In this document: positions 13,499-27,299 of the stretch, piece after piece
Layout: each line of letters opens with the position of its first letter
How positions within the stretch are numbered: the first letter of the stretch is position 1
Assembly (NCBI GenBank): GCA_951406725.2
Contig: OX597833.1
Span: 53,134,001-53,198,000 of the forward strand
Direction of reading: 5' to 3'
DNA: 64,000 bases
Source of the DNA: Octopus vulgaris
Lineage: Eukaryota
Made by a program: the position numbers and the translations under genes
The notes under the pieces: generated by a model
The model's input: the letters and a program-made list of their open reading frames with translations, nothing else
What the model was told of the DNA's origin: nothing
The model's database searches: none

Positions 13499-13683
13499 TA
13501 GTTGAAATTTATAGTAAAACAAAAGATGAAGTACAACAAGCAAGTGTATTAGTTTGACGTTCGGGAAAATGAAGAAGTCGTTTACGTTTCGAGCCAACAC
13601 TCTTCAGCAGAAAGGAATAAGAGAAAATAAACAGAGAAAGGATGAAAAAAAACTTATAGATTTCAGTGGTCCAGCATGGTGAT
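13499..13683 (-). mobile_element. Penelope-like pLTR fragment with hammerhead-like motif (13579-13614)
   Basis: Minus strand CUUU CUGCUGA A GAGU guu GGCUC GAAAC GUA, with the same downstream layout (cttc..ttcc.ga.cgtcaa) as 44862-45069. Confidence 0.55.
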
Positions 13684-13844
13684 ATACATGCATACATGCA
13701 TACATGCAAACATACATACATACATACATACATACATACATACATACATACATACAAACATACATACATACAAACATACATACATACATACATACATACA
13801 TACATACATACATACATACATACATACATACATACATAGATATG

Positions 13845-14128
13845 CTTACGATGGTGAGGTTGTGCGTTCAAATCCCGGACCGGGCTGTGTGTTGTGTTCT
13901 TGAGCTAGACACTTTATTTCACGTTGCTCCAGTTCACTCAGCTGTAGAAATAAGTTGCGTCGTCACAGGCGCCAAGCTGTATCGGCCTTTGCCTTTCCCT
14001 TGAATAACACTGGTGGCGTGGAGAGGCGACTGCTGGTCTTCCATAAACAACCTTGCTTGGACTTGGCCTTAGAAGGGTAACTTTCTAGGTGCAATCCCAT
14101 GGTCAGTCACGTCCGAAGGGGGTCTCAG
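13845..14128 (+). mobile_element. SINE family E
   Basis: B-box-like cgttcaaatccc followed by ggaccgggctgtgtgttgtgttcttgagc..acacttt, related to the C/D heads. Confidence 0.55.
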
Positions 14129-14364
14129 TATATACGTGCATATACCTATTAATCAAAATTCAACATTCTAGAAACCTGTTTCATTTTCCCGATTGTTCGA
14201 ACGGCTAATGAAAGGTACCAGCACGAGATCGTTTTAATAAATATATTTGGAAATTTACAAACATATGACTGGTTAATAGTAAATTTTGGGCATTTTTTTT
14301 TCAGCATCTAATCATATAATTTAAACGAATGATATCATGATGTATTTTATCCAACATTTATGCA

Positions 14365-14794
14365 CCATAACGATGTACAACTATACAGACAGAAACACAC
14401 CGGTCACTAACAGCCCGGATTGTCACACTACGTACGACCTCCCTCCGACAAGTCATCCTGAGGAGACGTCTGCATTGGTTGGGTCATGCCCTCCGTCGTC
14501 AACCAGGAGAATTCATCTACGAAGCAATTGCCCCAGCTCCTCTTCAGAGTTGGCGAAAGCGATGTGGTGGACAACGAAAGACCTGGCTGATGACAGTCAA
14601 GGCTGATCTGGAAACCAACCTAGGCCCCGATGTCTACGGCGTTCGCCGCTGGAATAGGGAGTGCTTGGAGATCACGCAGTCGTTAGCCTCAAATCGCCAG
14701 GCCTGGTCGGCGTTTGTGAGAGATGCAGAATTGAGGATGAATGAAGCCAGCTCAACCCACCCCGGGTGAATGCTATCTCAAGACAAGACAAGAC
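14365..14794 (+). mobile_element. RTE-clade LINE 3' end (ORF C-terminus plus tail)
   Basis: RRLHWLGHALRR...GGQRKTW...ASNRQAWSAFV is typical of RTE C-termini. Stop at 14769, then a (CAAGA)3 tail. Confidence 0.8.
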
Positions 14795-15315
14795 TTCGTA
14801 CCACAGTACGTGATATGTTCCCCTCGCAAGTTACAGGCACACGGTGGATAATCTGATCAACTAACCACAGGCCATACATTTGCTCGATCGGGGCTCACCT
14901 GAACTAGACTCCAAAATCATTAGAATCTAAGATACCTCGAGCCGAGACTGCACACAGTTGCTTCATTCAGATTAAACATCCGGTTGACAGTGGCATGACG
15001 TCAATCAAGTGGCGAGACTGGCGGCAGAGATATGAATATTGAACATTGAATTAGCAAGGAGTTTGCAAGAAGAAGTGAAAGGTAAGCAGACATAGATCTA
15101 TGCAACAAGAAACAATCATATACATTCATATATATATATACATATCGACTGCTGGTAAATGAGACAGAACGTAACCGTATAATTGAGAGATAGTATATGA
15201 ACTCTGTTTCCTGTTGGTTCTCATAGATATGAAAGTTATATCAAAATATGATTTGTTATTTGCATTCATTTACACATAACTAAGGTATGCATTACTTATA
15301 TATATATTTATACAT

Positions 15316-15381
<66 letters not shown>

Positions 15382-15410
15382 GTATATATATGCGCAAATA
15401 AATACATTCA

Positions 15411-15441
<31 letters not shown>

Positions 15442-15666
15442 GCAGAGAGAGAGAGTGAGATTATTTGTATGTAGTGATATAAACAAGCGAGTAGAAAGAT
15501 CGGAATGTGTGTATTTGTGTATATGTGCGTGTGGGAGTGGTGCGCGCACGCGTGTGCGTATGTGTTTTAGCTCCTGGTCGACGCTCGTTATCGTACAGGA
15601 TGTATCTATGAAGTTACACGTGTCTATGAAATTACATACATCTTGAAACCAATATGCGCGTGTCTA

Positions 15667-15714
<48 letters not shown>

Positions 15715-16135
15715 ATGTATGTTTTTTATGTATATGACACATGCACGGGACGGTTGATTAAGCACCCAGGCTAGACCTCTTCAATTAGCGACGGCAATGT
15801 AATATGTAATATTACTTATATATTTATATAATAATAATAAATTAATATTTGATTAGAAACATAATATTGAAGTTAGTGTTTAATGCAAAAATAGTCCAAA
15901 TCTACGGACAAACGGGCGTCTTGCGAATCAAAAGTAAATATTTAACTGACGGAGATGTATCAAGATATATCTCAGCGCTCTGGTTCTAATTTACATTTCG
16001 TTTCGGTAACCCTTTGCCCGTCCTGTATTTCATACGTGAGTCACAGAAGGCGTTTTCCTAGCGTCCACGCTTCATATATGATACACGTTCCTAGTTTTTT
16101 CAACCACCAGGATATCTTGGTTATACTTACAAATA

Positions 16136-16251
<116 letters not shown>

Positions 16252-16337
16252 CGACCAAAATGTCCACCGTCCAATGGACGGTGCTGAGTTGTCAAATATT
16301 TAAACAAAATTTTCTCAAAACAACTTGTCCGACCCTC

Positions 16338-16399
<62 letters not shown>

Positions 16400-16400
<1 letters not shown>

Positions 16401-16960
16401 ATTATCAATCTGTATGTGAAGTATATATAACTGAAAAAATATACTAGAGCAGCACTTAAATGTTCCATCGACCTTCCAGTTCTTGTGCTGTTTTAACTGT
16501 CGAAGTGCTTCGTCACTTGCAAATATTAGTATTTGTTTTGAATCTTCCATCCCGCTGTCATACTGTAAAAACGTTTCATCCTTGTCAAGGTAGGAGTATT
16601 CACTTGGAATGACAAATCCAACATTTGGAAGTGGGGTGTCAGCATAGCTGAAACCAGCTTGCTTCTAATGTCTAATATTCCTATTAAGCTGTGCAAGTGG
16701 AGGTATTTGCGACGATGTACAGTCGTTTAAATTCTGAATATCACAAGCGATAATTGAGTGAGGGGCATCACAAGATGAAATAGACTTTACTTTAATGTTT
16801 GAAACTATTATCCTTGCATTTACCTCTGCAGCAGTTGAAGTTTGATTATGGATGCCGATCTTCTTGAGCTCTTTATAATTTTCATCGGTATGAAGTCTCG
16901 CCTTGCACACTCGATTTTTGCACCTCCAGTATATCTTCAATCCATCTGCATTCTGTTCAG
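16400..16960 (-). pseudogene. MULE transposase relic with FLYWCH zinc finger
   Basis: YWRCKNRVCKARLHT...HNQ (FLYWCH-like) and ILIFAS..L..L..HKNWKVDGTFKCC..IFFQLYILH (first catalytic D region of MULE). Contains a stop and is cut by (TA)n. Confidence 0.85.
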
Positions 16961-17106
16961 CGCAGAAACTTAAAAGAGGTGGAGAGAGAGAAGGGGTGGG
17001 TTTGAAGAAAGGAAAAGAATATATCTAAAACTGTCCAACAACAATTTTAGTTCTAAAGTGATTGTTCTAAACTTCCCCTCGAAAATCACATTTAAAAGTA
17101 TTTTGG

Positions 17107-17200
17107 GACGAATTGGCCAGCGAAGAATTAACCTGGGGCTGAACTTATCAACGACGAATTGATCGGGACAAATTAACCGATGACGAAATAACCAGAAATG
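17107..17200. repeat. ~15-bp tandem subterminal repeats, likely the MULE terminus
   Basis: gacgaattggcc / gaagaattaacc / gacgaattgatc / gacaaattaacc / gacgaaataacc, upstream of the transposase. Confidence 0.55.
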
Positions 17201-17628
17201 GATTGTCCTAGTACCCTTGCAGCACAGAGGTCCTCTCAAAGTACCCAAGATTCATGGTTAGGGTTTTCAACTGCACCACTACTATGTACGCATTTGCTAA
17301 GATAGCAGTCTTATTTATAAAAGGGCTTAAAAGATTCATGATCGACTAAGAAATGAAATCTGAACCGAGTCAGATCTTCAGCCATGCTGGTTAGTTTAAT
17401 AATGTTGTAAGGCGGGTTGAACCATATTAATTTTTTTCGGCAACTAATAATTTTTCTCTAAAACAAATAATTGTGAAAAATAAACGTTTGGCGTTGCAAA
17501 AGTAGTTATTTTCAGAACTTCCGTTATTTTTCAAAATCTGATCTATAGGGAATAACAGTGCTTCTCCCACACGATATTCCCTGGCAAATATTACCAAATC
17601 ACGGGCAGGGAAACACAGACATGCAAAT

Positions 17629-17721
<93 letters not shown>

Positions 17722-18914
17722 TTTTTTTAAATAACATAAAATAAATGAAAGTAAAGACACACGCACACACAGACATAAGCAAACAATATAAGAAAGAATA
17801 AGAAAATATGGCTGCCACACAGATAATAAAATATACGTTTTTTGATAAAACAACAAATGCACTTCTGAAAAGTGAATATATAATCTAAACGTTATCTAGT
17901 TTACAACCATTGCAAACACTTAAAAACCCCACTATTGAGGCCCCTTTATCTCCCAGAGGGTAAATAATGTAACTGCGAATAGCTATAAGGGTTGGAAAAT
18001 ACATATTTTTTGTTTTGTTATATTTTATTAGTTTTGTTTTTTGGTTGTCTTTTAGGTTGTTATTTTGATGAGTTTTCTAGGTGTTTTCATTTGCTGCTGT
18101 TGTTTTTTTTTTATAATTTATATATATATATAATTTTATTTTATTTTTTTTTTATGTTAATGTTATTATTATTTTTTTTTTTTTGCGGTGTTTATTTTGT
18201 ATTTTGTTTCTGTTGTGTAAAGCTGTAAAACAAGATGATCTATAAGAATGGTTAATAGACGAAGATTCTTTAGGGAGAAGAGATGAATAGCTGAAGAAAT
18301 AGATGAATGGAATTATATCAGTTATGAAGATAATGGCTTAAGAAAACAAGACACGCTCGTTTTGGGGGAGGTGTTTTTTTTTCCCCCCCACTTCATTTTT
18401 TTTTCTCTCTCTCTTCATTTCTGCTTTTCATTGCCATTGATGTTGTTGTTGTTATTGTTATTGTTGTTTTTTGTTTGTTGTTACTGCTACAGTTATTGAT
18501 ATTGTTTTTGTTCCTCTAGCTGATGTTGTTGTTGTTGTTGTTGTTGTTGTTGATAGTAGTGATGCTAACTTCGTTTGAACCGAACACGAGGCTAGCAAAC
18601 TGCAAAGCATATGTAATGGCGGCCTGAATATAACAGTGATGTTTTATTCGAGAAATATGTTGTGTAAGACATACATGAAAATACAAACACACACACACAC
18701 ACAAACAGACGCACAAAGAGAAAGAGAGAGAGAGAGAGACAAGGAAAGGAGGAGGAACATAAATATATACGCTATAATATAAATACTTATGTATATTTAA
18801 ATAAAAAAAAAACTTGTAGTGTGACTAACCAGACTTGTAAAGTAATTAACTTGTACATAGAAAATGCTAATGTTATAAGCAGAGTTATTATAAAACCCTC
18901 GTGCAATCTATTTA

Positions 18915-18994
<80 letters not shown>

Positions 18995-18996
18995 TG

Positions 18997-19108
18997 CAGA
19001 GTGGGCCAAAAGTCACGAACGTGTTTCAATATTTAACAAGTTCTAAATCTTTTGCTTAAAATTTGCAGTATCCCAGTACCATGAACACACACACAGACAC
19101 AGACACAG

Positions 19109-19167
<59 letters not shown>

Positions 19168-19322
19168 AACACACACACACATATACACACACGTGTGTGT
19201 GTGTGTGTGTTTATAGGAAATAGATGCAATCTACGTGGGGAAAATCACATCTAAATAGAAAAATAATGTTTTTAAAAGTTTATTAAAATTTCATATCTTT
19301 TCCTGAGTTTTGGCCCACTCAT
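18997..19322. mobile_element. Tc1/mariner-type MITE
   Basis: Imperfect TIRs cagagtgggccaaaa ... ttttggcccactc; internal (CA)n. Confidence 0.6.
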
Positions 19323-19377
19323 TATGTATGTGTGTGTGTGCGTGGGGAAAGGGTGTTGTTTATGAATATATATATAG

Positions 19378-20060
19378 ATTTCAAATTTTGGCACGAGGCC
19401 AGCAAATTCGAGTGGGGTGTTTAGTCGGTTACATCGACCTCAGTACTCAACTGGTACTTATTCTTGCGAGCTGGCAGTAACGTTAGCACGCCGGGCGAAA
19501 TGCTTAGCAGTATTTCGTCTGCTGCTACGTTCTGAGTTCAAATTCCGCCGAGGTCGACTTTGCCTTTCATCCTTTCGGGGTCGATTAAATGAGTACCAGT
19601 TCGGCACTGGGGTCGATATAATCGACTTAATCCGTTTGTCTGTCCTTGTTTGTCCTCTCTGTGTTTAGCCCCTTGTGGGTAGTAAAGAAATAGATACTTA
19701 TTCTTGCGAACCCGAAAATGGACCTCGATGGGATTTGAACTCAGAATGTAAACACGGACGAAATACTGCTAAGCATTTCCCCCGGCGTGCTAACGATTCT
19801 GTTAGGTCCCCGCCTTTGTGTAAATATATAATCGTTTCAAATTTAGGGGTGGGTGTAAAGTCGATTACATCGACACCAGTGCTTAACTGGTACTTATTTA
19901 TTGAAAGGCCATGTCGACCGGAATTTGAACTCAGAACATAAATTCGAACCAAAAAACTGCTAACGATTCTGCCAGCACACAGCCTTTGTGTAAATATATA
20001 TTTCTTTCTACTATAAGCACAATGCCTGAAATTTTGGAGGAGGGGTTAAGTCGATTACAT
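19378..20060. mobile_element. Cluster of SINE family B copies, including a + copy (19470-19694) nested in a - copy
   Basis: 15-bp TSD tacttattcttgcga at 19455-19469 and 19695-19709. Confidence 0.8.
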
Positions 20061-20061
20061 T

Positions 20062-20638
20062 CTTTTTTTTTTCTACTCTAGGCACAAGGCCCAAAATTTT
20101 GGGGAAGGGTGCCAGTCGATTAGATCGACCCCAGTACGCCACTGGTACTTTATCGACCCCGAAAGGATAAAAGGTAAAGTCGACCTCGGCGAAATTTGAA
20201 CTCAGAACATAATGACAGACGAAATACCTATTTCTTTACTACCCACAAGGGGCTAAACACTGAGAGGACAAACAAGGGCAGACAAACGGATTAAGTCGAT
20301 TATATCGACCCCAGTGCGTAACTGGTACTTGTTTAATCGACCCCGAAAGGATGAAAGGCAAAGTCGAGCTCGGCGAAATTTGAACTCAGAACGTAGCGGC
20401 AGGCGAAATACCTATTTCTTTACTACCCACAAGGGGCTAAACATAGAGAGGACAAATAAGGACAGCTAAACGGATCAAGTCGATTATATCGATCCCAGTG
20501 CGCAACTGGTACTTATTTAATCGATCCCGAAAGGATGAAAGGCAAAGTCGACCTCGGCGGAATTTGAACTCAGGACGTAACGGCAGACGAAATACCGCTA
20601 AGCATTTCGTCCGGCGTGCTAACGTTTCTGCCAGCTCG
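20062..20638 (-). mobile_element. SINE family B concatemer (3 cores)
   Basis: gaaatac recurs ending at 20227, 20411 and 20595 (184-bp period). One head at ~20638, tail Y at ~20062-20115. Confidence 0.9.
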
Positions 20639-20639
20639 A

Positions 20640-21530
20640 TTGTTTCTGTGTTTGTTCCCCACCTACCGCTTAACAACCGGTGTTGGTGTGTTTAGGTCCT
20701 CGTAACTTAGCGGTTCGGCACAAGAGAAAGAAACAGTAAGTATCAAGTTTAACAAAAAATAATTACTGGGGTTTATTCATTCGACTAAAAATTCTTCAGA
20801 GTGGTGCCCCAGCATGGTCGCAGTCAAATGACTGAAACAAGTAAAAGATAAAAGATAAATCGTCTGTGGGCGTTAACATGGTTGTGTGGTTAAGAAGCTC
20901 GCTTTGCAACTACTTGGTTCTGGGTTCAATTCCACTATGTGGCACTTTGGGCAAGCGCCTTTCTTCAGACCGACTAATTCCTTGTGAGGATATTTGCTAG
21001 GCAAAAAACCCGTCCTCTGTCAGGCAACCGGTATTGTTTTCTTTTTACATCATTGTAACTTAACAAATCGGCAAATGAACTCGATAGAATAACTACCAAA
21101 CTTAGCCCCAGATGGACCAATATCTTGTGAATGAATTTGGCCGAAGGAACCCCTTCCCACTGCTTAGTTAGTACTCGGTATGCGTTTTACATCCCCGTAA
21201 CTTAGCAGTCCATCAAATGAGTACGATAGAATAAATACCAGACGTAATAAGATAAGTACTGCCTGTCAATTTGTACAACTAAACCCTTGAAGGTTGTGCT
21301 GCAGCATGGCCGCAGTCAAATGACTGAAACAAGTAAAAGATAAAAGATAAATCGTCTGTGGGCGTTAACATGGTTGTGTGGTTAAGAAGCTCGCTTTGCA
21401 ACTACTTGGTTCTGGGTTCAATTCCACTATGTGGCACTTTGGGCAAGCGCCTTTCTTCAGACCGACTAATTCCTTGTGAGGATATTTGCTAGATAAATAA
21501 GTAAAAGATAAAACATAAAAAGATAAGACT
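20640..21530 (+). mobile_element. Degraded SINE family A pieces with a 190-bp direct duplication
   Basis: 20811-21000 is almost identical to 21303-21492. Confidence 0.75.
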
Positions 21531-21811
21531 CCAGCCTTATTTTTTTGGAGACACTTGACGATTGTTGTATTGTTCTTTATCCTGCTACACTTCTAAAGGC
21601 GAGATTCAAGCATGGATGAGTAATACGATTCAGGATATAACTAAAAATAAGATGCAAAATATATTTGATAAACAAAGTGATTTGATTAGATATCCAATAC
21701 AATTCAGGATATAACTGCTGAAAAACGAATTTCTAGAGCTGAGGATATCGTCATAATTTGTATACGTAATGACGACAGCGGACATGTTGAAAATTTAACA
21801 AAATGAATTTA

Positions 21812-22592
21812 TTTGGTTGTCCGGAGTTCGTGCCGATTTTTAAAACAAAAAGGTCAATAAATACTTGCCATTACGTCTTTAATCAACCAAATATGAACCA
21901 TTTTGTAGCACAATGCGTCTCCATTTTTCCTTTAACTTGAAAATACCCTCTTCCCAGAATTGAGGTGGTTTCATTGTTGTAGAGCTGAAAAAGAAGTAAT
22001 TTCTACTCTTCTCCTCTGGAAGCCATCTACTCGCAATACCAGAGGGCGCACACTCTCCTACCCTGATGTAATCTCCAGGGATACAGGCATCCAGCAACAG
22101 GACCTCTGTAATGCCATGATGGACCGTGAAGTCTGGCGTAGCATGGTAAATTCCATTGTCTCGACCACGGTCGAACAATGATGAATGATGATGGTGGCAA
22201 AGAATTCATTAAGGTATCTTTTTACGTCATCCAAGGAATTGAAATTCTTACTATTAAGACTATTCTGCAGAGACCTGAATAAATGGAAATCCGAAGGAAC
22301 AATATCTGGCGAATATTGATGGTGGGGTAACACATCCCAGCCGAGCTGCAGCAATTTTTGTCTGGTTCCCAAATCATCAAGTGCCGAAAATGAACTTTCT
22401 TATCTTCCATTTTAAAGGGTTACAGAATTAACACAGGCTATAGGAACATAAAACTTCATCCACGAAAAGATAGCTTGAACTGTGCTCTAAATGGAGATGT
22501 AGTCAAATCCTATTTTATGGATTCAACCATGTTCTAAAACAAGTCGAAAGGTAAGCTACTATAAATTGGCAAGAACTTTCCGGACAACCCAA
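21812..22592 (-). mobile_element. Internally deleted mariner element carrying an RTE insertion
   Basis: TIR tt(g/t)ggttgtccgga..gttcgtgccgattt with TA flanks. MEDKKVHFRHLM is fused to RQKLLQLGWDVLPH..YSPDI.PSDFHLFRSLQN. Confidence 0.9.
21975..22195 (+). mobile_element. RTE-like LINE 3' end inserted in the mariner
   Basis: HCCRAEKEVISTLLLWKP...AMMDREVWRSMV* plus a (TGA)n tail. Absent at the equivalent site of 61533-62099. Confidence 0.8.
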
Positions 22593-22644
22593 TATTTTAA
22601 CATGTAATAAATTTTATAACTTAGTCTTGTTAGAGATTAATTAA

Positions 22645-22973
22645 CTGGCACATCGTCGCTTACGACATCAAGGCTTCCAGTTGATTCGATCAGCGGAACA
22701 GTCTCCTCGTGAAGTTAACGTGCAAGTGGCCGAACGCTCCACAAGCACGATTACCCTTAACGTAGTTCTCGGGGAGATTCATTGTGACACAGAATGTGAC
22801 AAGGCTGGCCCTTTGAAATACAGGTACTACTCATTTTTGCCAGCTGAGTGGATTAGAGCAACATAAGATAAAGAGTCTTACCTGATGACACAACGCGCTG
22901 CAAGGATCGAACTCCCAACTTTACGATCCTGGGCCAAGTATCGTGAGCCTAACCACTAGGCCACGCGCCTTCA
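22645..22973 (-). mobile_element. SINE family C, diverged
   Basis: atcagcggaacag..ctcgtgaagttaacgtgcaagtggc..cccttaacgtagttctcgggga, with a tRNA-like head near 22900-22973. Confidence 0.75.
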
Positions 22974-23037
22974 CTGTTACAGATTAACCCTGCCGTAGAT
23001 AGAACTGCAATGATTTTAATATATATTTACAAAAAAA

Positions 23038-23292
23038 GGCAGTGAGCTGGCAGAATCGTTAACATGTCGGGCGAAATGCTTAGCGGTATTTCGTCCCTCG
23101 CTACGTTGTGAGTTCAAATTCCGCCGAGGTCGACTTTGCCTTTCATCCTTTCGAGGTCGATTAAATAAGAACCAGTGACGCACTGGAGTCGATATAATCG
23201 ACTTGATCCGTTTGTCTGTCCTTGTTTGTCCCCTCTGTCTTTAGCCCCTTGTGGGTAGTAAAGAAATAGGTACCTCGTCATATGTATGCATA
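23038..23292 (+). mobile_element. SINE family B
   Basis: Head ggcagtgagctggcagaatcgtt, core, and tail X ending aaagaaataggta. Confidence 0.85.
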
Positions 23293-23301
23293 TATATGTG
23301 T

Positions 23302-23336
<35 letters not shown>

Positions 23337-24021
23337 CAATTTGTGAATGTGTGTGTGTGTCACCTTTTTGTCTGTGCTTGTCGCTCGCCTCATAATCCCT
23401 TAACAACCGGTATTGGTTTGTTTACGTTCCCGTAACTTAACGGTTTGGCCAAAAAGATTTAACAAATATATATATATATATATATATATAATGGGTGTGG
23501 ATTTGTTTGACCAAAACCCTCTCAAGGTTGTTCTCTAGCATGGCGCAGTCCAGAAACTGGAACAAATAAAAGATACACAAACTACAAAAGATATTTTTTT
23601 AAAAATACATCTTAATTTTGTTAGATTTGTTACCTTTGAACAACTTTCCTTCAAATATAACATGTAATTCGTTTGTTCAATAGAGGAATAAATAACCGTC
23701 AAATTTGGAAGACGCAGACGAGATTTTTTTCTTCCCAAAACAAAAACGACAGAAGAAAGGATAATTCATGACGGTGTATGATGGGATGGGGGGAGAAATC
23801 AGGTCTTTGAGTACACCAGGACGAAATGAGAGGCGCCTGAGTAAAATATGCGACAATTTGGGAAATACTGTAAGATGAAGTGTGTAAACAGTAACCATTT
23901 TCGCCCCTTCCGTCCCCATCGTCACTTCGGTTTCAAGGATATCCCGAAAAATAAACACTTTACTTTTACTTACGTACATACCTACACATATGCATGCACA
24001 TATTCACAAACGCACACACAC

Positions 24022-24075
<54 letters not shown>

Positions 24076-24388
24076 ATGTATATATATAAATATGTGGATA
24101 TATGTATATAGACATATATATATGCGTATACATAAACATACACATATATATATATATATGTATGTATGTAGGTAGGTATGTAGGTATGTATGCATGCATG
24201 TATGTATTACACAAGCTCAAACAGAATCTCGCAAACTTATATATCACTCTGACAGGCCGACTAAGCCAAACTGCGAAGTCACTGTCACTCGTTACCTTGC
24301 AAGAATAATTATTTATGTACGTATATATATATATATATATATATATATGTAAGTATACGTTTAGGTACATATATATGTGTATAAGGTT

Positions 24389-24433
24389 TTATATATACAT
24401 ACATACATGCATACGTACATACAAACACATACC

Positions 24434-24464
<31 letters not shown>

Positions 24465-24898
24465 GTATGTATAAATATATATATGTATATATATATATAT
24501 ATATGTATGTATGAGGATATATATATATATATATATGAGTATATATATACATGTATGTATGTATATACATACATAGATATATAAATGTATATGTATGTAT
24601 GTATATACATACATATATATACATATATGTATATATATACATACATATGCATGCATATATATATGTATACATATATATATTTATGTATACACATATATAT
24701 GCATGCATATGTATGTATATATATACATATACATATATATATATATGTATGTATATACAAACATACATGTATATATATACTCATATATATATATATACTT
24801 ATATATATATATATACTCATACATGCATACATATATATATATATATACGTATATGTTTGTATGTACGCATGCATGTATGTATGTATGTATATATAAAG
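24389..24898. repeat. Imperfect palindrome built from microsatellite DNA
   Basis: catgcatacgtacatacaaac (near 24407) is mirrored by gtttgtatgtacgcatgcatg (near 24855); gagtatata is mirrored by tatatactc. Confidence 0.7.
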
Positions 24899-25425
24899 AT
24901 ATATGTATGTACATATATGTATATATACGAGAATATATATATGTGTGTGTGTGTGTGTGTGCAAGCTTGTGTGTGTTCCTACTAAATTCTTTGTCTCTTT
25001 TCCACATTTCCAGCATCTATTTATTTATTTATTTATTCATTTATTTATACATATATATATATATATATCCTTTTTTTTTTTCACTTTGTTTCTAAATCCC
25101 ACGGCACTATATCCTCTTAATATCAACGAAAACAAAAACAAAAAAAAACATTTTGCAGCATAATATCACTCATCCACTTCATGTCTCTATCGCGTTATCT
25201 CAATTATCTACCAACCCCCTTTTGTAGCTCTCCACACCTATCTATCTGTCCGTGTGTCTATCTGTCTATCTGCTCCATCTATTGTTTAATTGTTTCCTTT
25301 GCACACTACTTCCACACCATTCCCGTCACACCAAACACTCCACACACTGTATTTACACGTTCACATCTCTTCTCTTTTGTTGTCTACGTTACACTCCTTT
25401 CGTAGTCCTTTTACGAAATAATACT

Positions 25426-25465
<40 letters not shown>

Positions 25466-25505
25466 GATATATATATATACATGATATATATATATATAAA
25501 ATATA

Positions 25506-25543
<38 letters not shown>

Positions 25544-25635
25544 GATATATATATATATACATGATATATATATATATAAAATATAGTATATATATATATA
25601 TATACATATATATACATATATATACATATATATAC

Positions 25636-25689
<54 letters not shown>

Positions 25690-25739
25690 TTTCTTTCTGA
25701 GTAATATAGAGACTTGTGGTTGCTCTTCTTTTTGTTCAA

Positions 25740-26570
<831 letters not shown>

Positions 26571-26591
26571 ACATACATACACATACACGTA

Positions 26592-27127
26592 TAGGCTGTC
26601 CCAAAAGTCTCTGGTGGGTTTCAATTTTTAATAACTTCCTTATCTTTACAAATAAATGCATGAAATTTTGATACAATATAAAGGACAAAATGAAAATTAA
26701 TATACACAACTCAAATTTTTCAACACTACGAAATCATATTGGGAAAATGACATCGCTTGAATGGCAGCCATTTTCGACTTTGCACACCCGTGTCCTTTCC
26801 AAAACCAGCACCATAACACTCTCAAGAGTTTCAGACCCCACTTCTCTAATTTCACTATTGATATTCTCTTTCAGTTGCACCAGGGTCTCCGATTTGTTGA
26901 CATAAACCCTCTCATTGAAGTATCCCCACAAGAAAATATCTGGGCTATACAAGTCTGGGGCACGTGAAGGCCAGTTGACATTGCCGTGTCGGGAGATTAT
27001 TCTCTCTCCAAAGCACTGCCGTAGCAGCTGAATTATCTCTCTTGCGGTATGAGCAGTTGCCCCATCTTGCTGGAACCATGTGCAAGGTCTGCTTTGAATG
27101 ACCGGGAGCAAAAAGGTCTCAATCATT
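26592..27127 (-). pseudogene. Tc1/mariner-superfamily transposase 3' half plus TIR
   Basis: WFQQDGATAHT...WPSRAPDLYSPDIFLWGY (DDxD-type). TIR ta|taggctgtcccaaaagt. Truncated at the palindrome starting 27129. Confidence 0.9.
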
Positions 27128-27171
27128 AAAAACACACAAAAACCGTTAGATTCACTTCAACATATAAATTT

Positions 27172-27227
27172 AATTTGTCAAAATATTTTCGTCGCTTTCA
27201 AACCGCGACCTGTTCACTGACAAAATT
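27172..27227 (-). ncRNA. Hammerhead-like motif with G3-C8 core variant
   Basis: UUUGUCA GUGAACA G GUCGC gguuugaaa GCGAC GAAA AUAU UU UGACAAA. Stems I and II pair fully. Confidence 0.55.
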
Positions 27228-27243
27228 CCGAGATGCAGCACTG

Positions 27244-27299
27244 AATTGTATCAGTGAACAGGTGGCGGTCTCAAAGCGACGAAAATATTTTGACAAATT
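27244..27299 (+). ncRNA. Second, inverted copy of the G3-C8 hammerhead-like motif
   Basis: UCA GUGAACA G GUGGC ggucucaaa GCGAC GAAA AUAU UU UGA. One stem II mismatch. Confidence 0.5.
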
